Virus record (IMG/VR): IMGVR_UViG_3300043570_002257
Location: 56,227-120,226 of that record
Length of the DNA: 64,000 nucleotides
Direction: 5' to 3' (one strand)
DNA from: a virus
Below are positions 8,843-17,820 of this stretch, piece after piece (the stretch's first letter is position 1; the number at the start of each line of letters is the position of its first letter). The translations under genes were made by a program, and so were the position numbers. The notes under the pieces are model-generated. The model saw nothing but the letters and a program-made list of their open reading frames with translations, was not told the DNA's origin and did no database searches.

Positions 8843-9280
8843 TTATAATCCAAGCAATTTAAAAAATGCTGGGAAGTTACCTTCAGTTTCTAATGAACTG
8901 AAATCTTCAATTTTGAATGCTGGTTGATCAAGTTCTTTTTCTTGAACAAACAACTCTTCAAGTTGTTCTCTAAACTTGATGTAGTCAGGATGTAACTGAA
9001 CCTTATCTGATTCACCGTTTTCACCTTTGATAGTTTCAATTTCTGGAATAGAAATTTGACCATCTTTTTCAACACCTAGTTCTTTAATAAGATCCATACG
9101 CATTTTTTCAAATGTTTCTTTCTCTTCACCTGTGACTTTAGCAATTTTAGTAAGTTGATACTTTGTTGCTAATGACATTTTTTGGGAAAGTAATCCCTTG
9201 AACTTTTCAGTTCCATTAAGTTCTGCATCCAATGTTAAGATCTCTGCTACATTGAATTTGATTTTAGTTGATTCTGCCAT
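8843..9280 (-). CDS. Hypothetical acidic helical protein, possibly a tail-associated chaperone
   Basis: 145-aa ORF with its own predicted promoter. Confidence 0.65.
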   Translation of the reverse strand: MAESTKIKFNVAEILTLDAELNGTEKFKGLLSQKMSLATKYQLTKIAKVTGEEKETFEKMRMDLIKELGVEKDGQISIPEIETIKGENGESDKVQLHPDYIKFREQLEELFVQEKELDQPAFKIEDFSSLETEGNFPAFFKLLGL

Positions 9281-9310
9281 AAATTGATTTTTTAATATTA
9301 AAAGTCTTCA

Positions 9311-9341
9311 CAAAGATAATCAAATATTTGATAATTACAAA
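9311..9341 (-). promoter_or_regulatory. Bacteroidota sigma-A consensus promoter
   Basis: On the - strand TTTG-N19-TATCTTTG, matching TTTG-N19-21-TAnnTTTG, about 30 nt upstream of the ATG at 9280. Confidence 0.7.
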
Positions 9342-9342
9342 C

Positions 9343-9492
9343 TTATCTTCCTTGTGCGTTATAAGGTTTTACATAATTTTTTGATTGTGAGCTGACAGAG
9401 TGCTTATTTTTTGAATGAACACCTGGTCTTCTTACTTTGGGCTTAACTTTGTGTACCGCAGAATTCACTGCACCACCTTTTTTAGCTGCCAT
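9343..9492 (-). CDS. Small highly basic protein (49 aa, MAAKKGGAVNSAVHKVKPKVRRPGVHSKNK...YNAQGR), absent from the ORF track
   Basis: ATG at 9492, 4 nt after the upstream stop; TAA at 9343-9345. Fills the intergenic gap. Confidence 0.7.
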   Translation of the reverse strand: MAAKKGGAVNSAVHKVKPKVRRPGVHSKNKHSVSSQSKNYVKPYNAQGR

Positions 9493-9495
9493 AAG

Positions 9496-10014
9496 TTAGC
9501 AATCTACAACTTTTCCTTTTCCAAAAGCAAGTTCTAATTTCTCTTTCAATTTTGCATAGGCAAATGTAAAGATATCAATTTCTGCTAAAGGAGACAAATC
9601 AGGTACTGTTGTTATCTTAACCTCTTGTACGTCTGTCATAACAGTTTGAATAACAGTTTTTGTAACTGTTTCCATAGTTGATTCAGCGCCATCTACTCCA
9701 GGCATAAGAACTTCTTCAGTAACTTCAACTTCTGTTGCAACTGGACGTTGTACAGTAATTGTTTCACTTACTTCTTTTGTCAATGAAACGTTAAATTGAT
9801 CTCCAATTTGAACATTCTTTGCAATACCATTTAACATATTTCCTGCAAAAGGAGCTCCAATAGATAAAGCAGTTGCTTCAGCTTCTGAGTTAAAGATTTG
9901 TAATGCAAAGTTTGCATTACCAGTTTTGCTGATGTTGTAATTTACAATACGAACATACGCTTGTTTGGTAATTCCTTGATCTGTACCAATTTCAGATGTA
10001 ATTTTTAGTGCCAT
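9496..10014 (-). CDS. Hypothetical tail-fibre-associated protein
   Basis: 172 aa; MALKIT...AYVRI and YAKLK motifs with a central low-complexity E/T/V stretch; downstream of the fibres. Confidence 0.65.
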   Translation of the reverse strand: MALKITSEIGTDQGITKQAYVRIVNYNISKTGNANFALQIFNSEAEATALSIGAPFAGNMLNGIAKNVQIGDQFNVSLTKEVSETITVQRPVATEVEVTEEVLMPGVDGAESTMETVTKTVIQTVMTDVQEVKITTVPDLSPLAEIDIFTFAYAKLKEKLELAFGKGKVVDC

Positions 10015-10038
10015 TTTTTTATGTTTTTTAGTTAATTT

Positions 10039-10060
10039 CTACATTAATAATATACAAAAA
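10039..10060 (-). promoter_or_regulatory. Candidate phage late promoter motif (TTTTTGTATATTATTAATGTAG)
   Basis: Recurrent motif upstream of the ORF starting at 10014. Confidence 0.5.
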
Positions 10061-10078
10061 CTCTGTCAAAGAACCAAA

Positions 10079-10333
10079 TTATTGAGGTTTTTCAAGAGAA
10101 AGTATTGCATTGTGATGAAAAATTAGTGAGTTTATAGGTACAATACCCGTACTTACAGACTTATTTGTACCAATTCTGAGTGTAAATTTACCATTTACTT
10201 TACTACAAAAAAAATAAACTGTGTCTAACACACTAATCATTGCTTCAATTTTTAGTTGTTCTGTGTGAAAAGTGTATGTATCACCCAATCTATATAGATG
10301 ATTTTCAATTGTGTATGAGTTTAAGTTTGTCAT
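10079..10333 (-). CDS. Hypothetical protein
   Basis: 84-aa ORF starting 13 nt after the upstream stop, on the same strand as the operon. Confidence 0.5.
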   Translation of the reverse strand: MTNLNSYTIENHLYRLGDTYTFHTEQLKIEAMISVLDTVYFFCSKVNGKFTLRIGTNKSVSTGIVPINSLIFHHNAILSLEKPQ

Positions 10334-10345
10334 ATATTATAGTTT

Positions 10346-11266
10346 TTATTGTGGTGGATTATTTCCATCACAAGGTTGTTGTTCATGATAAACGCCATAA
10401 TATGCATATTGTATATCACAACAGCCAATAGGTTCACCATATTTACCATTATTAGTGAATACAGGATTGCCATCACAATCAGTATAATTAATAGGTCCTG
10501 TACCATCTGAAAAAACATAATAACAAGTTGGACCACCACCACAGCCACAAGCTGTAGAATTTGCTTCAATTAACTGAGTATATGTGCCATAACAACCATC
10601 TGAATAAAATTGAAAATTGTCACACTGAATACAACCATCATATAAGTATGTTCCATAAGGATCAGAACAACAGCATCCACCACAATTAGTACTACATCCT
10701 TGACTTACATCATAAGTACCACCAGTTCCATTTGCATATCTGTAATACAAAGTACATCCTGTACAAAATTGTGACAAATATGTTCCATAAGCAGGATAAG
10801 CTCCTGTTGTTGTCATTGACACAGTATTAGAATACGCTGAGAATCCACCTGTAGAAGTACATGTTATACGTACTCTAATAAGATATGTTGTACTAGAATT
10901 TAAACCTGATATAAGAGAAGTAGAAGCACATGATCCTGTACTAGTAGTCCATGTACCACCTCCGTTAAAACTGTATTCTGTGTACATTGTTGTACAATTA
11001 GAAAGTGTAACATTAACACTTAAACTATTTGTACCAGCTGTACCTGCTGTTATAGTAGGTGCTACACAACATGTAAAAGAATGATTATAGTTTCTCCACT
11101 CACTGTAAGCAGCAGGATCAACTGAACTTGGAAAAGATCCACTACATGTTTTTATAGCAGAGTATTCACCATTTTCAGCTGTTTTAATAGATAATACTGA
11201 ACCAGATGCTCTACCCAGTTCAGTATTTATAGCTGATGCTCTAACTATATCTTCTCCTATTGCCAT
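10346..11266 (-). CDS. Cys-rich fibre-tip/adhesin-like protein with FN3 domain
   Basis: N-terminal 'SAINTELG', FN3 signature (GLNSSTTYLIRVR...YS), two Cys/Tyr-rich repeats; immediately follows the tail fibre. Confidence 0.65.
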   Translation of the reverse strand: MAIGEDIVRASAINTELGRASGSVLSIKTAENGEYSAIKTCSGSFPSSVDPAAYSEWRNYNHSFTCCVAPTITAGTAGTNSLSVNVTLSNCTTMYTEYSFNGGGTWTTSTGSCASTSLISGLNSSTTYLIRVRITCTSTGGFSAYSNTVSMTTTGAYPAYGTYLSQFCTGCTLYYRYANGTGGTYDVSQGCSTNCGGCCCSDPYGTYLYDGCIQCDNFQFYSDGCYGTYTQLIEANSTACGCGGGPTCYYVFSDGTGPINYTDCDGNPVFTNNGKYGEPIGCCDIQYAYYGVYHEQQPCDGNNPPQ

Positions 11267-11267
11267 A

Positions 11268-14200
11268 TTAGTTTAATTTAGCTTTAAGTTCATCAATTTC
11301 TTTTTGTTGTTCTTTTATTGCTTCTATCAGAACACCTACTATGTTACCATATTTTACACCATACTCATCAATGTCAGAAGCATAAGTAACAGCTTCTGGT
11401 AATACCTCATTCATTTCTTGAGCAATTACCCCCACCTGTCTAACCTTTTCTTCATCATCTATTCTGGTATAGAATACACCTCTCATTTCTTTTACTTTAG
11501 AAATTGCACTGTCAATTGTAACAATATCAGTTTTCTTTCTTACGTCAGAATATGCTACGATGTCACCTGTTGAATATATTGCACCAGTTACATACATACC
11601 ATATAGTATTGAAGTAGTTGTACCATTGATGCCCATACAAGAATTACCTAAATTATAATATAAATACCATTTAGTACTTGCTTGTCTATATATACCACCA
11701 TTACCAGCAGCATCATACATTATTCCATGTACACCACTATTATTATCGTATATACCACTGTAACCACCTTTAGTACCTTTTATTGCTAGTTGAGTATAGT
11801 TACTTATATCATTGGCTTGTAAGTGAGCACCATAATATGATGGCCAGTATAAACCAGTACTAGCATTAAATTGAATCCATGTATCTGCTTGATAATATGT
11901 ATTACCATTTTTACCTACAAATGTAGTATTAGCATATGTTCCTAATGTACCTGCATTAGTTGCATAAGCAACAGATTGACTTGCAATATTTCCACTAGAA
12001 ATTGCGTATACCCATGTTTCAAAAGTACCAGTACCTTTATAACTTCTAAACCATAATTGATTGTCATAATAACTCATAGCTATTTGAAAACCATGGTAGT
12101 TAGCTTGATTACTATGTCTTACGTTAATAGAGTTATACCAAGTAGCACTAGGCCAGTTAGTACCACCACCACCATTTTCATAAAATCCACTATTAACTTG
12201 TGAGTTAGCATTTGAATGAGTTGCAATTAAAGAAGGACTTGTCATCCAATCAGGTCTTGATGTTATGTTACCCCACGCAACTGAACCAGAACTGCCTCCA
12301 ATACTTAAACCAGATGCTGTTCCTGTTAATCCTGTTCCTGCTCCACTAAAAGATGCTGCTGTTACGTTTCCATCTGCTTGATTAATAGTAACCTTAACAC
12401 TATTGTCTCCCCAAAATTCAATGAGATTACTTAATTGGTTATGTTTAATACCCCACTTGTTTGTATCACTTCCTAATGAATCTGAAAATATCCAAGTATC
12501 TCCTGCAGCATCATCTGTACGACCTGCTCCTGATTGTAATAATCCATTTGCATAGGTGTTATCAATACCTCTAAGTTTAATACTCCAAATACCACTTGCT
12601 CCACTTCCTGTAAGAGAAGGTGCGTAAGCTGTATAGTTTGCACTATTAAGTAAAACTCTCCATGGATTAAATATAGCTTCATCACCATTTCTAGTTCTGA
12701 ATGCAAGACCAGTTCCTCCACCACCATAAGATGCATTAAATTGTAATCCATATCCACTAGCAGCAAAATGTGTTAAAGGGCCTGTATATGGTGCATTATT
12801 ACTATAAGTAAAGCCAGATTTATTTCCAGCAATAGTATTAGCATTATAACCTGGAGAATTTACCCACCCATCGTAATTAAATATTTCAAGTGGTTTACTA
12901 GTCACATTTGCCCATGCAACAGCATCTGCAGTGCCTGCAGTGCCTGCAGTAGTAGCATAATTTACAGATTGAGATCCAATATTTGCTGAGGTTATGACAG
13001 CACTTCCGTTTGCATACAATGTGCCACCAATAGCAGCATAAGTATTTCCAGAAGTATCTATTCTAAATCTTTCTGATCCCCATGTACCATCAGTTCCATT
13101 TGGAGCTAATCCCATGTTTTGAGTAACACGGAATTGGTCATCATAATAACAATAACCTATATTCCAACGTGTACTGCTATACCCACTACTAAACATAATA
13201 GATGGTCTGTCAGAACCAAGATTACTTGCAATATGAAATCTTGCAATAATTCCATAAGAGTGGTCTCCATTAGAAGCTTCAAAACTATAAGGAATATAAT
13301 TACCTCCTGCTGATTGTGTTGTTAACCATTTACCTGATTGACCATGAGCTACTGTATTAACAGTAGTTTTATGATATTCAGAACCATCAGTATGATATTC
13401 ATGACCTGCTCCATTAGCAGGAGCTTGAGCTATATAAGTATGACCATATACCCAGTTGTCATTACCTGCAGTTGTAATACCATTTGGAAAGAATGCAGAA
13501 TCATTAGTTCCCCACGCATTTCCAGGACTTACATATCCACCTTTTGCGTAGATAACATCGGTAAAAGGGTTTACATAAACTGCACTTGTTCCATAAACAT
13601 AGTTACCATCACCCCATAGCAACTGATAAGTTGAATTAGAATTATTATTATAGTTAATTGTTACTTGTGAAGCTGTACCAGCAACACTTGCACTTCCTGC
13701 AATATTTGCATAAGCCACACGTACACCTGCTGGAGTAGCTGGAGAAACTTTAAGTTCCCAATAACTACCACCATCATAGTTCATGTACATATAATATGGA
13801 GCAGTTCCACCATAAGTATATGGAGCATCAGAAGCATATAATCTAGTTGAGTTTAATGCATATGTTGCATTTCCTGTAATGTTTATAGCCCAAGTTCCAC
13901 TTACTCCTGTACCATCTGCAAATGCTAATTTCTTTGACCATGTGATAGCATCCACACTACCACCACCAACTGTTGCGTTAGCACTACTATAATCTAGAGC
14001 TAAGAAACCATGAGTATCAGCTCCTGCCCATGCAATCATAGTACCATAAGAATTCTGACCTGGTAATGCAGTTGGTGTAGTATTCCATCTTGCTGTTGAT
14101 ATTTGATAACCACTAGTAGAAGCACCAAATAATGTAGTTCTAAAGTTACTTGTTGTAAGAGCATCTATATTAGCAGAAGCTGCAAGTCTATCTCTTATTA

Positions 14201-17200
14201 ACCCAGTATTTGATGTTATACTTGATACTGATGCAGCATTACCAGCGTTAGAAGCGTATGCAGCACTGTTAGCAGTAACAGCATTACCTGTAATTGAAAT
14301 ACCCCATGTTCCAGAAGCACCAGTACCAGTTAATGTTGGTGCGTATGAATTGTAGTTACCAGCATGTAAAACTTGATTGCCTCCTTGTTGTAACGTACCA
14401 CTTGTTACGTTAACTGTTGAACCACTAATGCGTAAATTAGAATTAGATGCTTCTAAATTTAAAGTACCATAAACAGCTGTAGCTCTATTGTAAGCAATAA
14501 TATAAGCTTCACCACCTGATACTCCAATCTCAGCAGCTAAACCTTCTGCAGCATTTCCATTATACCATCCAGTAAAACGACCCATACCACTTGTAGATAT
14601 ATCTCCACTAAAACTTCTTTGTGATGTTGTAGCTGAATTACCAGTGATGCTAATACCCCAAGTGCCTGTTGCTCCTGATCCTGTTAATGAAGGAGAATAA
14701 GAAGTATAATTTACTGAATCTAAAACAGTTCTCCAAGCTTGCCATGTACCATTATTTTTACCTCTTACAGCAATTTGTCCTGTTCTATAATCACCAAATA
14801 TTTGATGTTGCCAAGGTGTACTATGTCTTTGAGAATATAATGCACCATCTGTTTGACCCAATAATGCTACGCCTGTATAACTTATACCATTACTATCAAT
14901 TGTGTCAGGTGCTGTTGCAGAATTGGATCCTGTATTTCTAAATCCCCAATCATCAATTGTATCAGCATTTCCTGCGTTTGTTGCATATGTTGCAGTAGCA
15001 GCGTTACCTGTTGTACTAATACCCCATGTACCACTATTATAAATATAAGGAGTTTCATTAGAATGTCTTAGTCTACCACCATATATATAAACAGTTCCAC
15101 CACCATTACCAAAATACATATCACCACCTGAATAATGATTAAAGTATATGTCATATCCAGTTGCACCTCTTGAATCTAAGTGTAAGTTACCATTAGAAGT
15201 TCTAATTCTAGCGTATGTTGTATCTGTTGACCAACCACCAAGATGCAACGCAGCAGCAGCATTGTATGTGCCAGCTCCATAAAGTATTAAGGCAGTAGCA
15301 TCACCATTTACAATTGTGTTTGTAACGTTTGTGTACACACCATTTGTAACTGTACCTGCGTTACCAGAAACACTTATACCCCATGTTCCACTTGCACCTG
15401 TTCCAGTAAGAGTGGGAGAGTAAGAGTTATAATTAGCAGCAGTTAAAGCAATACTATCATTTACATATAATACACCAGAACTATTAATATACATTTTTCT
15501 AGTCCATGCATCACTATCTGTTTGACCTGCATAATAAAAAGCCAAAGTACCATCATTATGAATAAGCCAGTTACAATCTTGATTTGTACTTCTTAATACA
15601 ATTGATGGATACTCTCCACGAATTGTAAATTTTTCTGGATTAGTTCCACCCCAGTTAGCATTGATTTGTAACTTACCTGTTATTGTACCACCTGAAAGTG
15701 GTAAAAAAGAAGTAGATGTATAAGCATTAGATCCAAGACCTAAAAAGGCTTGAACTTTAGCAGCTGTTGCAGAACGGTGATAATTATCTCCAAACTTTGC
15801 TATGATATGAGTTATTGCTCCTGTACTTACATCATCTGTTGTGTTTATGTAAGAATAAAATCCATAATATCCATAAATATGACCACTAGGATCTCTATAT
15901 ACTATTGTACTTCCTGTTGCAGGTACTGCTGGATTATTGTATCCTGAAATAGAACCTGTTGTAGCAGATGAACCTGTAACATTAATAGCCCATGTTCCTG
16001 AATTTGTAACAACTTGATCACCATGCCAATAAAGAATACCATCCATTCTCATTTCTAAGAACTTACCAAGAATACCACTAATGTGAAATGCTATACCTGT
16101 TGTAGTTTCATCATAAGATTCAGTCCAAAGAGCAGCAGTAGTATAGTTACCATTAGTCTGAGACTTTCTACTTTTTAGTGTTGAAGTAAATACTCCACTT
16201 GTTCCTATTAAAGCACCTGTAAGGGTTCCTCCTGCTAAAGGAAGTTTTGTAGGATCTGATGCTGTAACTGTAAATGATCTACTAGCTGATAAATCTTGTG
16301 TTACACCGTTTATTGTTAATGTTCTTGAAGGTGGAACATAAGCTGTTGAATCAACAGTTCCATCTGCTTTTAAGAATTGAGAAGATGTACCACCTGATTT
16401 AATTATTAAATTAGCTGTAAATGAACCTGCAATTTGCATGTCACCAGAAGTAGAGTTAAGTGCAGCAATAGGAGCAAAAGATTGTCTTCCCCATGTGAAT
16501 CCTCTACCTGTATCTTCATTATTCATTTGCATTTTGATAGAGTAGTCAGTAACTGGTCCATAGTAGTACAATGAAGATGCACCCATACTTATTTTATATG
16601 CGTCACTTCCACTCCAGAATCTAAATCCATAACCATTACCAGCAGTAGCATCATAAAAATTATTTACATTACTACCATTTGGTGCTGAACCTGCTGTAGT
16701 TGCATAGCTTACAGATTGTGAACCAATGTTACCAGAATGTATAAACTCACGCCAAGTAAACCAACCAGCTTCTGTTCTTCTTCTAAAAAATGCCGTATCT
16801 GAAGCATAATCAAAAGCTAATTGAGTTCTTCTACTATAACTATTACCAACATTAATTGTTCTAATGTTTGGAGAAGATAAAGGTGGTGTGCCACTTGGGA
16901 TAGGGTCAAATGTTACAAAACATTCTCCGTAATCTGAATCTATATTTCCAGTTAAAGTGGCTAATGTTTTTACAAATGAACTTGAATCATAACCATCTAA
17001 AGTATCTGCTTGACCAGCATAGCTTGAGTAATATGAATTACCTGTAATGCTAATACCCCACGTTCCTGACGCTCCTGTACCTGTTAAAGTTGGAGAATAA
17101 GAGTTGTAGTTAGCATCAGAAAGCATTGTAGCCCAACTTGCAGCTCCACTAATATTGGTAGATCTATATAATAATGGACCACCAATTAGTGAACCAAGTT

Positions 17201-17819
17201 GAAGATTATATCTACTATTAGCATCAGTAGAACTCCATGTAGGAAAAGAAATTAATCCAAAATCACCTGCAGGAACATTAACTCCATTAAAGAAAGTATA
17301 AGAACCTGCTCTCCATATACTATTAGCATTAGCTGTTCCAATGTAATTGTTAGCAAAATATTGAGCAGTACCACTAACATCAATCCCCCAAGTCCCACTT
17401 GCATTAGTACCTGTTAGGGTAGGTGCGTAATTATTATAATTTGCATCTGTTAATACCTCTGCCCAAGATGTCCATACTCCAGCATTAGTCCTACCCCTAA
17501 CAGCCATTCTTTTAGTAGGGTCAGTATCTAACCAAATTTGTGCACCATAAACAGAAGTAGTACCTGACCATGTCATACCTAAAATATGACCATCATTACC
17601 TCCAGGCCCTAATGCTAAAGTGTGTATAAATGAATGACCTGATGCAGGCATTGCACTGTCTGCAGCAACAACAGTTCCTCCATTTGGACTTAATAAAGAT
17701 GTAGCAGAACCTGTTGTAGATCCTGATGTATTGGCATAGTTAACTGACTGAGAAGCAATGTTTCCAGCATGTATGGCAGCATATCCACCTATTGTTGTAC
17801 CAAGTAATAAAATAGCCAT
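11268..17819 (-). CDS. Long tail fibre (2183 aa) with repeated knob modules and C-terminal peptidase S74 intramolecular chaperone
   Basis: G/S/T/N-rich with repeated linkers. C-terminus has SDVRKKTDI, GVIAQE, VKYGNIVGVLIEAIKEQQ and a coiled coil. Confidence 0.88.
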   Translation of the reverse strand: MAILLLGTTIGGYAAIHAGNIASQSVNYANTSGSTTGSATSLLSPNGGTVVAADSAMPASGHSFIHTLALGPGGNDGHILGMTWSGTTSVYGAQIWLDTDPTKRMAVRGRTNAGVWTSWAEVLTDANYNNYAPTLTGTNASGTWGIDVSGTAQYFANNYIGTANANSIWRAGSYTFFNGVNVPAGDFGLISFPTWSSTDANSRYNLQLGSLIGGPLLYRSTNISGAASWATMLSDANYNSYSPTLTGTGASGTWGISITGNSYYSSYAGQADTLDGYDSSSFVKTLATLTGNIDSDYGECFVTFDPIPSGTPPLSSPNIRTINVGNSYSRRTQLAFDYASDTAFFRRRTEAGWFTWREFIHSGNIGSQSVSYATTAGSAPNGSNVNNFYDATAGNGYGFRFWSGSDAYKISMGASSLYYYGPVTDYSIKMQMNNEDTGRGFTWGRQSFAPIAALNSTSGDMQIAGSFTANLIIKSGGTSSQFLKADGTVDSTAYVPPSRTLTINGVTQDLSASRSFTVTASDPTKLPLAGGTLTGALIGTSGVFTSTLKSRKSQTNGNYTTAALWTESYDETTTGIAFHISGILGKFLEMRMDGILYWHGDQVVTNSGTWAINVTGSSATTGSISGYNNPAVPATGSTIVYRDPSGHIYGYYGFYSYINTTDDVSTGAITHIIAKFGDNYHRSATAAKVQAFLGLGSNAYTSTSFLPLSGGTITGKLQINANWGGTNPEKFTIRGEYPSIVLRSTNQDCNWLIHNDGTLAFYYAGQTDSDAWTRKMYINSSGVLYVNDSIALTAANYNSYSPTLTGTGASGTWGISVSGNAGTVTNGVYTNVTNTIVNGDATALILYGAGTYNAAAALHLGGWSTDTTYARIRTSNGNLHLDSRGATGYDIYFNHYSGGDMYFGNGGGTVYIYGGRLRHSNETPYIYNSGTWGISTTGNAATATYATNAGNADTIDDWGFRNTGSNSATAPDTIDSNGISYTGVALLGQTDGALYSQRHSTPWQHQIFGDYRTGQIAVRGKNNGTWQAWRTVLDSVNYTSYSPSLTGSGATGTWGISITGNSATTSQRSFSGDISTSGMGRFTGWYNGNAAEGLAAEIGVSGGEAYIIAYNRATAVYGTLNLEASNSNLRISGSTVNVTSGTLQQGGNQVLHAGNYNSYAPTLTGTGASGTWGISITGNAVTANSAAYASNAGNAASVSSITSNTGLIRDRLAASANIDALTTSNFRTTLFGASTSGYQISTARWNTTPTALPGQNSYGTMIAWAGADTHGFLALDYSSANATVGGGSVDAITWSKKLAFADGTGVSGTWAINITGNATYALNSTRLYASDAPYTYGGTAPYYMYMNYDGGSYWELKVSPATPAGVRVAYANIAGSASVAGTASQVTINYNNNSNSTYQLLWGDGNYVYGTSAVYVNPFTDVIYAKGGYVSPGNAWGTNDSAFFPNGITTAGNDNWVYGHTYIAQAPANGAGHEYHTDGSEYHKTTVNTVAHGQSGKWLTTQSAGGNYIPYSFEASNGDHSYGIIARFHIASNLGSDRPSIMFSSGYSSTRWNIGYCYYDDQFRVTQNMGLAPNGTDGTWGSERFRIDTSGNTYAAIGGTLYANGSAVITSANIGSQSVNYATTAGTAGTADAVAWANVTSKPLEIFNYDGWVNSPGYNANTIAGNKSGFTYSNNAPYTGPLTHFAASGYGLQFNASYGGGGTGLAFRTRNGDEAIFNPWRVLLNSANYTAYAPSLTGSGASGIWSIKLRGIDNTYANGLLQSGAGRTDDAAGDTWIFSDSLGSDTNKWGIKHNQLSNLIEFWGDNSVKVTINQADGNVTAASFSGAGTGLTGTASGLSIGGSSGSVAWGNITSRPDWMTSPSLIATHSNANSQVNSGFYENGGGGTNWPSATWYNSINVRHSNQANYHGFQIAMSYYDNQLWFRSYKGTGTFETWVYAISSGNIASQSVAYATNAGTLGTYANTTFVGKNGNTYYQADTWIQFNASTGLYWPSYYGAHLQANDISNYTQLAIKGTKGGYSGIYDNNSGVHGIMYDAAGNGGIYRQASTKWYLYYNLGNSCMGINGTTTSILYGMYVTGAIYSTGDIVAYSDVRKKTDIVTIDSAISKVKEMRGVFYTRIDDEEKVRQVGVIAQEMNEVLPEAVTYASDIDEYGVKYGNIVGVLIEAIKEQQKEIDELKAKLN

Positions 17820-17820
17820 A

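Noticed and set aside
11940-17780. CRISPR-like array
   Set aside because: The repeats are protein-level, degenerate and irregularly spaced hundreds of bases apart.
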